A DNA stretch of 64,000 nucleotides from Rhodospirillaceae bacterium MC! (lineage in GTDB: Bacteria; Pseudomonadota; Alphaproteobacteria; MC1): the NCBI GenBank assembly GCA_002632265.1, contig NQOV01000011.1:38566-102565 (forward strand), given 5' to 3'. Positions 10,893-20,300 of this stretch are shown here, in pieces. The notes beneath the pieces were generated by a model. It searched no databases. It was not told the origin of the DNA and saw only the letters and a list, made by a program, of their open reading frames with translations. The number at the start of each line of letters is the position of its first letter. Within the stretch, counting starts at the first letter, position 1. Both the position numbers and the translations under genes were made by a program.

Positions 10893-10975
10893 CATAATAG
10901 AAGAGAAAGTAATAGAAGACAAGAGAAAATAATACAAGAGCTAAACCAATAACAAACTAAAAATAAGGCTGAATT

Positions 10976-11938
10976 ATGAAACAATATATTACAATAATAA
11001 CAATAGCATGCTCGTTCTTTATCACTAATGCGTATGCCAACAGCAAGCCACATCAGATATCTAATCAACAGCTAAAAGAACAATGCGGAATCGGTGCTTC
11101 GGATCTTAAAACTCAAGTGGCTTGTGTTAAATCCTTTGCCAATAAAGGACAAGAAAAAGCCCAACTAACTTTAGGCTTACTATATTTCACAGGGAGCGGA
11201 GTCGATAAAAATTTAACTATCGGCTTAAAATGGTGGCTCAAAGCAGGATCGTACGGAAATTCACAAACAGAATATAATATCGGTCTTTTACTATTTAAAG
11301 GATCGTACGGCATTAAAAAGGATTATAAACAAGCCTTTAAATGGTGGAAAAAGTCCGCAGATCAAAACTTCGCCCCAGCCCAAAACGCTCTAGGTACTCT
11401 TTATCAACAAGGATACGGCGTTAAAAAAGATCTTCGCCAATCAGCCATATACTACACAAAAGCCTCTCGCCAAAGATATCCCGAAGCTCAAAACAATATC
11501 GGCGTTATGTATATGAAAGGTATAGGCGTTAAACAAGATGATAAAATAGCCTTTAAAGTGCTATTACAATCGGCATATGGTGGCTTTAGTCTTGGAGCTT
11601 ATAATGTCGGTTATATGTATGCTAACGGTCGTGGTGTGGCTAAAAGCCTAATACGTGCCTATGCGTGGTGGATGGTTGCCGTTAATAGCGGAGCAAGAAA
11701 CCTAAAACAAGACGATTTCAACACTCTAGCAAAAAACTTCTCAAAAAATCAACTGGAACAAGCGAAAATGCTAGCAGGAACTATCGAACGCCAAATCCAA
11801 AAAAATCTTACTTCCAAAAATTATCAACAACAACAAAAACAAAGCCAAAAACAAATCCAACGCCAAAAGATCCAACAAAATAAACCAACAAAAGATCTAG
11901 ACATAAATTCCGACTATGAAGAACCATACGATGGTTAA
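10976..11938 (+). CDS. secreted Sel1-repeat (SLR/TPR-like) protein
   Basis: 320-aa ORF with a signal peptide and repeated A-x-GxxxAQxxLGxxYxxGxGVxKD units. The Q-rich C-terminal tail lies in an A/C-rich tract. Confidence 0.8.
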   Translation: MKQYITIITIACSFFITNAYANSKPHQISNQQLKEQCGIGASDLKTQVACVKSFANKGQEKAQLTLGLLYFTGSGVDKNLTIGLKWWLKAGSYGNSQTEYNIGLLLFKGSYGIKKDYKQAFKWWKKSADQNFAPAQNALGTLYQQGYGVKKDLRQSAIYYTKASRQRYPEAQNNIGVMYMKGIGVKQDDKIAFKVLLQSAYGGFSLGAYNVGYMYANGRGVAKSLIRAYAWWMVAVNSGARNLKQDDFNTLAKNFSKNQLEQAKMLAGTIERQIQKNLTSKNYQQQQKQSQKQIQRQKIQQNKPTKDLDINSDYEEPYDG

Positions 11939-11996
11939 ACCACACAACCCCGCCTTATATAAGGGGCATATACAGGAAAATATAACGCATACATAT

Positions 11997-12431
11997 ATGG
12001 ATATGGCCATAAAACAAGCACAAAAAGGATCAGCTCAAGAAGAAGTTCCCATAGGTGCAATCATTGTCCACAATCCAACAAATACAATCATAGCCCAAGC
12101 CCACAACACATGTAACCAAGAACAAAACCCCACAAAACACGCCGAAATATTAGCCATAGATCAAGCTTGTAAACATTTAAATAGCACATATCTAACAAAC
12201 TGTACAATATACGTAACCTTAGAACCATGTGCCATGTGTGCCATGGCTCTATCCTACACAAAAATACACAAAATAATATTCGGTGCTTACGATCCCAAAA
12301 GTGGCGGAATCGAACACGGTGCCCAAATCTACACCCACCCCCAAACCCACCACAAACCCGAAACCATCGGCGGTATCCAAGAACAAACCTGCAAAACCCT
12401 CCTAACCTCCTTCTTCCAATCCAAACGCTAA
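11997..12431 (+). CDS. tadA: tRNA adenosine(34) deaminase
   Basis: Deaminase zinc motifs HAE and PCAMC. The ORF opens at 11916 overlapping the upstream gene, and the ATG at 11997 gives a typical TadA N-terminus (start uncertain). Confidence 0.85.
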   Translation: MDMAIKQAQKGSAQEEVPIGAIIVHNPTNTIIAQAHNTCNQEQNPTKHAEILAIDQACKHLNSTYLTNCTIYVTLEPCAMCAMALSYTKIHKIIFGAYDPKSGGIEHGAQIYTHPQTHHKPETIGGIQEQTCKTLLTSFFQSKR

Positions 12432-12436
12432 CTTTA

Positions 12437-12504
12437 CCCCCTAACATGTGATCGAACAGACTTTCTACAACATCGCTATGTTCGAGCCGTCTCTCAAGAC
12501 AACC
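12437..12504 (-). repeat. core-family dispersed repeat, copy A (reverse orientation)
   Basis: The reverse complement reads GTCTTGAGAGACGGCTCGAACATAGCGATGTTGTAGAAAG...TTAGGGGG, aligning with copies B, C, D, F and I. Confidence 0.85.
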
Positions 12505-12691
12505 ATCCCAAAAAGGTCGACCAGTTTGATAAGATAGAAAGCGAATGTTTTTGTTTAGAATTCATTATATATGAAAACTATATAGTTAAATTAATCTTTA
12601 GATTATATGGGTAAAATATGAAGTCTGCAATTTTTTATCGGTTAAAAATCGCTATAAATTAAGTTCTTAGGAGAATTTATATGATATTAAC

Positions 12692-12720
12692 TTGACAAAA
12701 AAGTTAACCAATGTTAAAAT
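12692..12720 (+). promoter_or_regulatory. near-consensus sigma70-like promoter
   Basis: TTGACA, 17-nt spacer ending in TGT (extended -10), TAAAAT; 130 nt upstream of 12850. Confidence 0.5.
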
Positions 12721-12849
12721 TAATTTTAAAAAGAGATTGGGATAATTTTATTAACGGTTTGCGAATGCCAATAGCATATTAAATAAGAATAATCACATTT
12801 AAAATTTAATTATCAAATAAGTTCATTAGTAATAAAGGGAAAAAACAAA

Positions 12850-13587
12850 ATGGCTAAATATAACTATAAAGAAGGACAACAAAGAATCCAACAGATTTTA
12901 AACGCAACTGATCCAATCGAAGAAGATGACAGCATGTCTAAAGAGAGCGGGTCAACTTGTATTAATGGTCATTATTGTTGGATTAGTAGTGTTTTTGTTA
13001 ATGTGCGAGATTCTTCAAGTCTTTTTCAAAGTAAAGACGCTTTGCAACTAACTAAAATCATGAGAAGTTTCACATCGGAAGTAATAGAAATATTACGTGG
13101 AAATGAAAGTGATAATCTAGTTAAAGAGTTGGGCGTAAGAAATGACTGCGTATATGCAGTCTACTCAACACCTTCAAAATACGATATAGAAGAAGTAGTA
13201 GATAGAGTATTTTACGTAAATACCTACATAAAAATGCTTAACACATTACTTTATAGAAATAAAATCAACCATATATTATCTGTTGGCGTCGGCGTTGCTT
13301 CTGCTAGGGAATTAGTGGTAAACGCCGAAAGAAAAGGCAACGGCAAAACCAATGCCGTATGGATCGGCGGAACTGTAGAAGACGCTTTCTCCCTTTCAAA
13401 TATCGGCTCTAGAGATGATGTTTATCCCATAGTAATATCAAACAAAACATACTCAAATATCGGACACGATCACAAAAAACTCTTTAATAGCAACATAACA
13501 TCCACAGGAAAATTCTACACATCCAACGCCGTATTTGATGAATTTAAAGATTGGATAGATCGTGATATGAAAGTAGAAATAAAATAA
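12850..13587 (+). CDS. orphan protein with divergent class III nucleotidyl-cyclase-like sequence pattern
   Basis: 245-aa ORF. SSVFVNVRDSSSLF resembles FxDIxGFT, GVRNDCVYAVY resembles IGDxxMAVF, and SVGVGVASARELVV...AVWIGGTVEDAFSLSNIG resembles RIGIHxGxVxxG...GDxVNxAxRLE. Several catalytic positions are substituted. Homology is by eye only. Confidence 0.35.
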   Translation: MAKYNYKEGQQRIQQILNATDPIEEDDSMSKESGSTCINGHYCWISSVFVNVRDSSSLFQSKDALQLTKIMRSFTSEVIEILRGNESDNLVKELGVRNDCVYAVYSTPSKYDIEEVVDRVFYVNTYIKMLNTLLYRNKINHILSVGVGVASARELVVNAERKGNGKTNAVWIGGTVEDAFSLSNIGSRDDVYPIVISNKTYSNIGHDHKKLFNSNITSTGKFYTSNAVFDEFKDWIDRDMKVEIK

Positions 13588-13709
13588 AATCCCACCCCAT
13601 ATTAAGATTAAGATGTGAGAAGTTTTATATGTCCACATGTTCCTAGGATAAACATGTTAATAACCCTGTGAACAATTCTTATAACTCTCTATTTTTATTA
13701 ATATTTGTA

Positions 13710-13745
13710 ACCATTGATTCTTTTTGAATCAATGGTACTTTTATC
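13710..13745 (+). terminator. intrinsic terminator candidate
   Basis: ACCATTGATTC, TTTTT loop, GAATCAATGGT (11-bp perfect stem), followed by ACTTTTAT. Confidence 0.55.
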
Positions 13746-13754
13746 CCTTTCTCC

Positions 13755-13859
13755 TGCCTATCAGACTCCTAGCGTGAAGTCTTGACAGACGGTCCGAACA
13801 TAGCGATGTTGTAGAAAGTTTGTTTGATTCTACTTTAGGGGTGGGGGTGGGTAGGTGTG
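13755..13859 (+). repeat. core-family dispersed repeat, copy B (forward)
   Basis: A degenerate half unit, then GTCTTGACAGACGGTCCGAACATAGCGATGTTGTAGAAAGTTTG...TTTAGGGGTGGGGGTGGGTAGGTGTG. Confidence 0.85.
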
Positions 13860-14241
13860 TTTTATATTGGTATGGATAATGTTGATGTTGTATGTTATTG
13901 CCATTCCACATTATAGTAGAACATCACATCACAAAGAAAATATGATTGTGTTATATTGTGTTTATTTTTATAGTTGCTGGCCTAAGGTAGGCATGTAATT
14001 AGTATATCTAACGATACTTTAAATATGTTTTAATAAAGTGGCTATTTGTAGATATGACATTAGTTTGTTATAATACACCTAAAGTAACATTATATATACT
14101 TACATTATACATATTTTAGGCCTGTAAAAATGAATAGTAGCAATTATATATAATGATCTTTTCTATTTGTAGGAGAAGATATAATATGGATTGAGAGAAA
14201 TGAGCTAAGATATGTTTTAAATTAGCTCATTTAATGAGTTA

Positions 14242-14802
14242 TTATTCTTCTTGTACTTCTCGTACGACTGTAACTCCGTAGCTTTTTTCTAGGGAGATGA
14301 TTTTGTCGATGAATAAGTCGTGTAAATCGGCACATTTGAAGTTGTATTTTTCCATTAAAGCGTCTAAATCTAGTTCGTATTTGTCGTGTAGAGCTTGTTC
14401 TTTTTTGGAGATTTTTTTCACTTCTTCGGGTTTTGGAGCTGGTTCTTTTTTAGGTTTTTTGTTTTTCTTTAATTTTTGTTCTTCCCTAATTTTTTCCAAC
14501 TGTTCCAATTTTTCTTCATCGCTCATCTCTCTTGTAGGTTGAGATTCTGCAACTTCTTCTTCTTCCTCTTCTTCTTTTTTATCTAACTTATCGATTTTAA
14601 AGAACTTTGTAAGAGTTGACATTTTATCTTTTTGTGCTTGCTCTTTTTGTGCTAGCTCTTCCAGATTTGTTTTATACTCCTGTCTTAACTCTGCTACAAC
14701 TCCAGCAAATTCGCCATCTAATCTTCTAATATGACCGTCATACTGTTCTTTTAAGGCAACAGTTTTTGCAGTCAATTCGTCCATTAATTTTCCTTTAAGC
14801 AT
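14242..14802 (-). CDS. hypothetical charged coiled-coil protein
   Basis: 186-aa ORF, very E/K-rich with an EEEEEEE run and heptad-like stretches; no recognisable domain. Confidence 0.55.
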   Translation of the reverse strand: MLKGKLMDELTAKTVALKEQYDGHIRRLDGEFAGVVAELRQEYKTNLEELAQKEQAQKDKMSTLTKFFKIDKLDKKEEEEEEEVAESQPTREMSDEEKLEQLEKIREEQKLKKNKKPKKEPAPKPEEVKKISKKEQALHDKYELDLDALMEKYNFKCADLHDLFIDKIISLEKSYGVTVVREVQEE

Positions 14803-15182
14803 TTATATACTCTCCAACTAAAAAATATTGTCATTTGGTTAATGATAACATTAAATATTTAATTTTGTTTTAATTTCTTATAAATAAAATTAGCTTTGTT
14901 AAAATCTCAATAAAACATTGATTTCCCCAATAACAACCCTAATTCAAAAAGAAATAATAGCACATTTTTACAAACATAGCAACCAATAAATATTTAATCT
15001 CTCCTTTTTTTTATCCCTCCTTAAAGAAATACGAAACACCAACCAATAATTCTTATAAACATACTTACTATATGCCCATTTAAGGCCTAAATAGTTGGCC
15101 TGTAATAGTAGGTTAAAGATGAATAAAACAAGAAATAAAAAAGAATATAAAACACATCAACACTATCCATACCGACATTATG

Positions 15183-15266
15183 CACATTTACCCATCCCCA
15201 CCCATAAAGTGGGATCGAATAAGCCTTGTGCAACACCGCTATGTTCGGATCGTCTATCAAGACAAC
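15183..15266 (-). repeat. core-family dispersed repeat, copy C (reverse)
   Basis: The reverse complement reads GTCTTGATAGACGATCCGAACATAGCGGTGTTGCACAAGG...CTTTATGGGTGGGGATGGGTAAATGTG. It begins 31 nt past the M16 peptidase stop. Confidence 0.85.
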
Positions 15267-15296
15267 CAAACTAAAAAGATATATAAAAGCTATGTT

Positions 15297-16511
15297 TTAT
15301 CGTAAGATGACTTCTACGGTTGGGTGGGAAAGCATGTCGTGGGCTAGGGATTTTATGTCGGGGGGGGTTACGTTGTTTACCATTTGTAAGATTTCTTGGG
15401 TGGAGAAGATTTTGTTGTGGTGGGTCCATTGGCGGACGATTTGTTCACAGCGAGATCCTGTTGATTCTAGAGCCATGACGATGGCGGATTGGGCTTGTTT
15501 TTTTGCTCGTTCTAGTTCTTCGGTGGTTGGTTCTTTTTCGGCGATTTTTTCTAGTTCGTTTTTCATGGAAGATAGGATTGTGTGGCTTTGTTGGGTTTCA
15601 CATCCTGCATACATTCCGAAGACGCCAAGATCTTCCCAAGCCCATATGAAAGAGTACACACTATAAGCCAAGCCTTGGACTTCTCGGATTTCTTGAAATA
15701 TACGAGAAGACATTCCTCCACCAAGAATACTACTAAGTAAGGATTGAGCATAAAATTCGCTCTGACGGTATGAATATCCTTTAAAGCCAATGAGAGAGTG
15801 GGCTTGTTCTAAGCCTTGTTTTTCTTTTATTAGCTTTCCACCGTTATATATGGCAGGATCTACCGCATGTTTTTTAGTTGTTGAAAGACCAGCGAATTTA
15901 TTTTCTACCATTGAGACTAAAAGATCATGATCAACATTACCAGTGGCTACCACCACCGCATTATTGGTATTATAATGATCTTCCATATAGCTTTTAATGT
16001 GATCTTTAGTAAAGCTTTCTACGGTTTCCTTTATTCCTAGAATTGATCTGCCTATGGGCTGATTATTAAAGGCCTGTTGAGCGAAAAGATCATAAACATA
16101 ATCGTCAGGATCGTCTATGGATTGCATGATCTCTTGAATAACGACCTTTTGTTCTCTTTCAAGTTCGCTATCTTCAAAGGTGGAGTTTAATAGGATATCT
16201 GCCAATAGATCGATTCCAATGTGAAGATCTTCCTTTAAAAGACGCACATAAAAGGCGGTGTTATCTCTTGATGTATAAGCGTTAATATAACCGCCTGTAT
16301 TTTCAATTTCGTCAACTATTTGTTTGGGAGATCTGCTTTTTGTTCCCTTAAATACCATGTGTTCAACAAAATGAGAAATGCCGTTATATTCTTTTGTCTC
16401 ACTACGAGAGCCGACATCAAACCATATGCCAGCACTTACGGTTTCTAGAGCTGGCATGTTATGAGAAATAATTGTTAAGCCAGTGTTTAGGCTTGTGATT
16501 TGTATACTCAT
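15297..16511 (-). CDS. M16 family zinc metallopeptidase (pitrilysin/processing-peptidase-like)
   Basis: 404-aa ORF with the inverted zinc motif HFVEH and M16 N- and C-domain-like sequence. Confidence 0.85.
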   Translation of the reverse strand: MSIQITSLNTGLTIISHNMPALETVSAGIWFDVGSRSETKEYNGISHFVEHMVFKGTKSRSPKQIVDEIENTGGYINAYTSRDNTAFYVRLLKEDLHIGIDLLADILLNSTFEDSELEREQKVVIQEIMQSIDDPDDYVYDLFAQQAFNNQPIGRSILGIKETVESFTKDHIKSYMEDHYNTNNAVVVATGNVDHDLLVSMVENKFAGLSTTKKHAVDPAIYNGGKLIKEKQGLEQAHSLIGFKGYSYRQSEFYAQSLLSSILGGGMSSRIFQEIREVQGLAYSVYSFIWAWEDLGVFGMYAGCETQQSHTILSSMKNELEKIAEKEPTTEELERAKKQAQSAIVMALESTGSRCEQIVRQWTHHNKIFSTQEILQMVNNVTPPDIKSLAHDMLSHPTVEVILR

Positions 16512-16553
16512 TTAAAATTTTTCCCTTTAATTTTTCAATTTAGTTTTTTCAGT

Positions 16554-17309
16554 TTAATTTTTCAGTTTATAGCCTGTTTTTAACATGATATACGCCAAAA
16601 CAAAAAGAAATATATTACATGCTACCAAAATGATAACTCCCATTATTTGGTTGAATTCAGGATCTCCTATCATGCCGTATCTAAAGCCGTTAATGGCATA
16701 GTATACGGGATCAGCATGCACAAGAACACGCCATTTTTCAGGTAATTTATTGATGGAATAAAATGTACATGATAAAAAGGTTAAAGGCGTAATCACAAAG
16801 TTACTAATTAAAGATAATCTATCGATTTTATTTGCCCAAATAGCTCCTATTAATCCCAATGTGGACATGGCGAATGATCCTGCTAGGGTAAAAAATATTA
16901 GGTATCCTAAATGTTCCACGTGAAAATCAAAGTATATTCCTTGGATGATGTAAAAAATAATCGCAATCCCCACTCCTCGAGATGTGGCCCCTAAAACATA
17001 AGCAAGTAAAACTTCTAAAGGGGTAAGGGGCGACATTAAAACATCAACAATACTACCTTGCATTTTAGATATCAACATGGAAGATGACGAATTGGCAAAG
17101 CTATTTTGTAACATGGACATGGACGCTATCCCAGGAATGATAAATAACGCATATTCACGACTCCCACCTAAAGCAAAAGTAAATACTATCAGATAAAGCA
17201 ATGATGAAACTATGGGAGCTAAAAATGTTTGACCCCATACTTTTATGTATCTTCTAATTTCCTTTAGTAGTAGCGTATAAAAAGATGTGCCGAAATATGA
17301 TGTTTTCAT
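16554..17309 (-). CDS. ABC-2 type transporter permease
   Basis: 251-aa ORF with six hydrophobic segments and an ABC-2 permease-like pattern. No adjacent ATPase gene. Confidence 0.7.
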   Translation of the reverse strand: MKTSYFGTSFYTLLLKEIRRYIKVWGQTFLAPIVSSLLYLIVFTFALGGSREYALFIIPGIASMSMLQNSFANSSSSMLISKMQGSIVDVLMSPLTPLEVLLAYVLGATSRGVGIAIIFYIIQGIYFDFHVEHLGYLIFFTLAGSFAMSTLGLIGAIWANKIDRLSLISNFVITPLTFLSCTFYSINKLPEKWRVLVHADPVYYAINGFRYGMIGDPEFNQIMGVIILVACNIFLFVLAYIMLKTGYKLKN

Positions 17310-17394
17310 TTAGATGATGTTTCCTTGTTAGTAGTTTTCTCTATGAAGATAATTATTAGTTATAATGATCTATTGTAAGTTAAAAAAGAGTAAT

Positions 17395-20300
17395 TTACAA
17401 GTGTTTTGATATTTCATCGCTTAAGCCTTCAATGAATTTCTTATCTGATTTGGGGGTTTTCACTAGATAGAAGTTATCAGAATCATACTCATTGGCAAGA
17501 TTTTTATATTGCATGCCTAATTCAACTAGATTTTCAATATTATCGCTAACAAAAGATATGGGAACAACAATCACAGGGGTTTTATCTTCGCATAGGGTTT
17601 TAATAACATCTTTAGTGGCAGGGGCTAGCCAATGCTTGCCTACTGCACTTTGATAACAGTTTTTATAATTTATCTTGTCATTAAATTCAGGGTGTAAAGA
17701 TAAAACCTTGTTCATTATGGCTTTTGTTGAGCCTATTACTTCTTTTTCATAAGGATCATGACGCTTTTCCACTAGCTTAATAGGTAAACTATGGGCAGAA
17801 AATAACACAACTGGATAGGTGCTTTTTTCTTCTAAACATTTGTTAATATTATGAATAACTTCATCAGCATAGAAGTTGACAAACTCTCGGTTTGTGTAGA
17901 AACTCTCAATACAATCGATTTTAACATCTTTAATTGATGAATCTGTTATTTGGCGGTTAAATTCATCAACAAAACTACCCGTAGTAGTGGTTGAATAATG
18001 TGGATAAAGTGGGAAAACAATCACATGATCAGGCTCAAACTCTGCCAATTCTTCAATCGCTTCTGCTATGGACGGGGTTAGATATCTCATGGCTGTAACA
18101 ACTTTGAATTCACAATCTTCATGTTTATTTATTAAAGCATCGTGGATGTTGGTTGCTTGCTCTAAGGTTTGTTCAATGTGTGGACTATGACCATCAACCT
18201 GCTCGTAAATCGCTTGGGATTTTTCCAGTCGCTTACCTGTGGTCGCAATTTTAGAAACGAACATTCTACCTAATTTGTTTAATCCTGTAACCGCCGAATC
18301 CGCAAACATCTCAAGCAAAAAGGCCTTAACATCATCCATACCCTTAGGCGAACCAAAACCACCTACAACAATGGCTATTTTTTTAGATTCTTGATCTATC
18401 GATACGTGCTTTTTCATTTCTTCCTCATTGTATTTTGCTTTCATAAATCCCGACCAAAGACTCGGATTTATACTCGCCTGCTGATAAACTTCCCCACCTT
18501 GAGACGGTTCTTCTATCTCGCTAGGCTGTGGGTCGGTAGATTGAATCTCGCTAGATTCTGGCTCGCTAGATTCTTGATTGTCTTTCTTGCTTAAACTGTC
18601 ATCCCCATTATTTAAAAGACTCTCAATCTCTTCCATAGCCACAACCTCAAACGGCTTTTCCTCTGGCTCTTCAGGTGCTGGCGGTTGTTCTGTTGGGATT
18701 TCATCAGCTGATGTTGGGTCATCGTCGGCTAGAGCCATTTCTGGGGCGTCTTCTAGGGGTGGCATTTCATCCATAGGGATTTCGTCGGCTGGGGTTGGGT
18801 CATCAGCTAGGGCGATTTCTGGGTCATCTTCTAGAGCTGGCATTTCTTCCATAGGGATTTCTTCGGATGATGTTGGGTCATCGGCTAGGGCCATTTCTGG
18901 GGTGTCTTCTAGGGGTGGCATTTCGTCCATAGGGATTTCGTCAGCTGGTGCTATATCATCAGTTAGGGCGATTTCTGGGGCGTCTTCTAGAATTGGCGAT
19001 TCATCCACAGGGATTTCGTCAGCTGGTGTTGGGTCATCAGCTAGGGCCATTTCTGGGGCGTCTTCTAGAGCTGGCATTTCATCCATAGGGATTTCGTCGG
19101 CTGGTGTTAGGTCATCAGCTAGAGCGATTTCTGATTCGTCTTCTAGAGCTGGCGATTCGTCCATTGGGGTTTCGTCAGCTGGTGCTATGTCATCAGTTAG
19201 GGCGATTTCTGGAGCGTCTTCTAGGATTGGCGATTCGTCCATTGGGATTTCGTCGGCTGGTGTTGGGTCATCAGCTAGAGCGATTTCTGGAGCGTCTTCT
19301 AGGGTTGGAACTTCTTCCATTATCATATCATCAGACGCAACACTTTTATTTAAAACCATTTCTGATTCTTCTTCTATTTCTGGCATTTCGTCCATTGGGG
19401 TTTCGTCGGCTGGTGTTAGGTCATCAGCTAGAGCGATTTCTGATTCGTCTTCTAGAGCTGGCGATTCGTCCATTGGGGTTTCATCGGATGATGTTAGGTC
19501 GTCGGCTAGGGCGATTTCTGATTCGTCTTCGGAGAATGGGGGGTCTTCGGGTAGGTATAGTTTCATGGTGTTTGATGAAACGGATTTTTGGAATTCTAGG
19601 GCTTCTTCTGTGATTGGGGCGTTGTGTTTTTCGATTCTTTCTTGTAGTTTTTGAATTATGTTTTCGCTAACTGTTGAGGTTTCATCATCTGATGTTATGT
19701 CATCATCGAGAGCAATTTCTTGGTCATCTTCTAGGATTGGAGATTCGTCCATAGGAATTTCGTCGGATGATGTTAGGTCGTCATCGAGAGACATTTCTGG
19801 GGCGTCTTCTAGAGCTGGCATTTCTTCCATAGGAATTTCATCGGCTGATGTTAGGTCATCATCGAGAGCGATTTCTGGATCGTCTTCTAGGATTGGGGAT
19901 TCGTCCATAGGAATTTCGTCGGCTGGTGTTAGGTCATCATCGAGAGCGATTTCTGGATCGTCTTCTAGGATTGGCATTTCATCCATAGGGATTTCGTCAG
20001 CTGGTGTTAGATCCTCATCGAGAGCGATTTCTGATTCGTCTTCTAGAGCTGGCATTTCTTCCATAGGGATTTCGTCAGCTGGTGTTAGGTCGTCATCGAG
20101 AGCCATTTCTGATTCATCTTCTAGAGCTGGCATTTCATCCATAGGGATTTCGTCGGCTGGTGTTAGGTCATCGTCGAGAGACATTTCTGGGGCGTCTTCT
20201 AGAGCTGGCATTTCATCCATAGGGATTTCGTCGGTTGGTGTTAGGTCATCGGCTAGGGCGATTTCTGGGGTGTCTTCTAGAGCTGGCATTTCATCCATAG

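Noticed and set aside
12088-12451. ORFs 12088-12447 (minus) and 12227-12451 (plus, alternate frame) overlapping tadA.
   Set aside because: The A/C-rich tract is poor in stop codons in several frames. The tadA frame carries the deaminase zinc motifs and the others have no features.
15084-15112. Apparent invertible loop. GGCCTAAATAGTTGGCC here versus GGCCAACTATTTAGGCC at 57213-57229, both followed by TGTAATAGT.
   Set aside because: The simpler explanation is a small palindromic hairpin element (TACAGGCC...GGCCTGTA) present in opposite orientations. Its symmetric arms make the flank look conserved.
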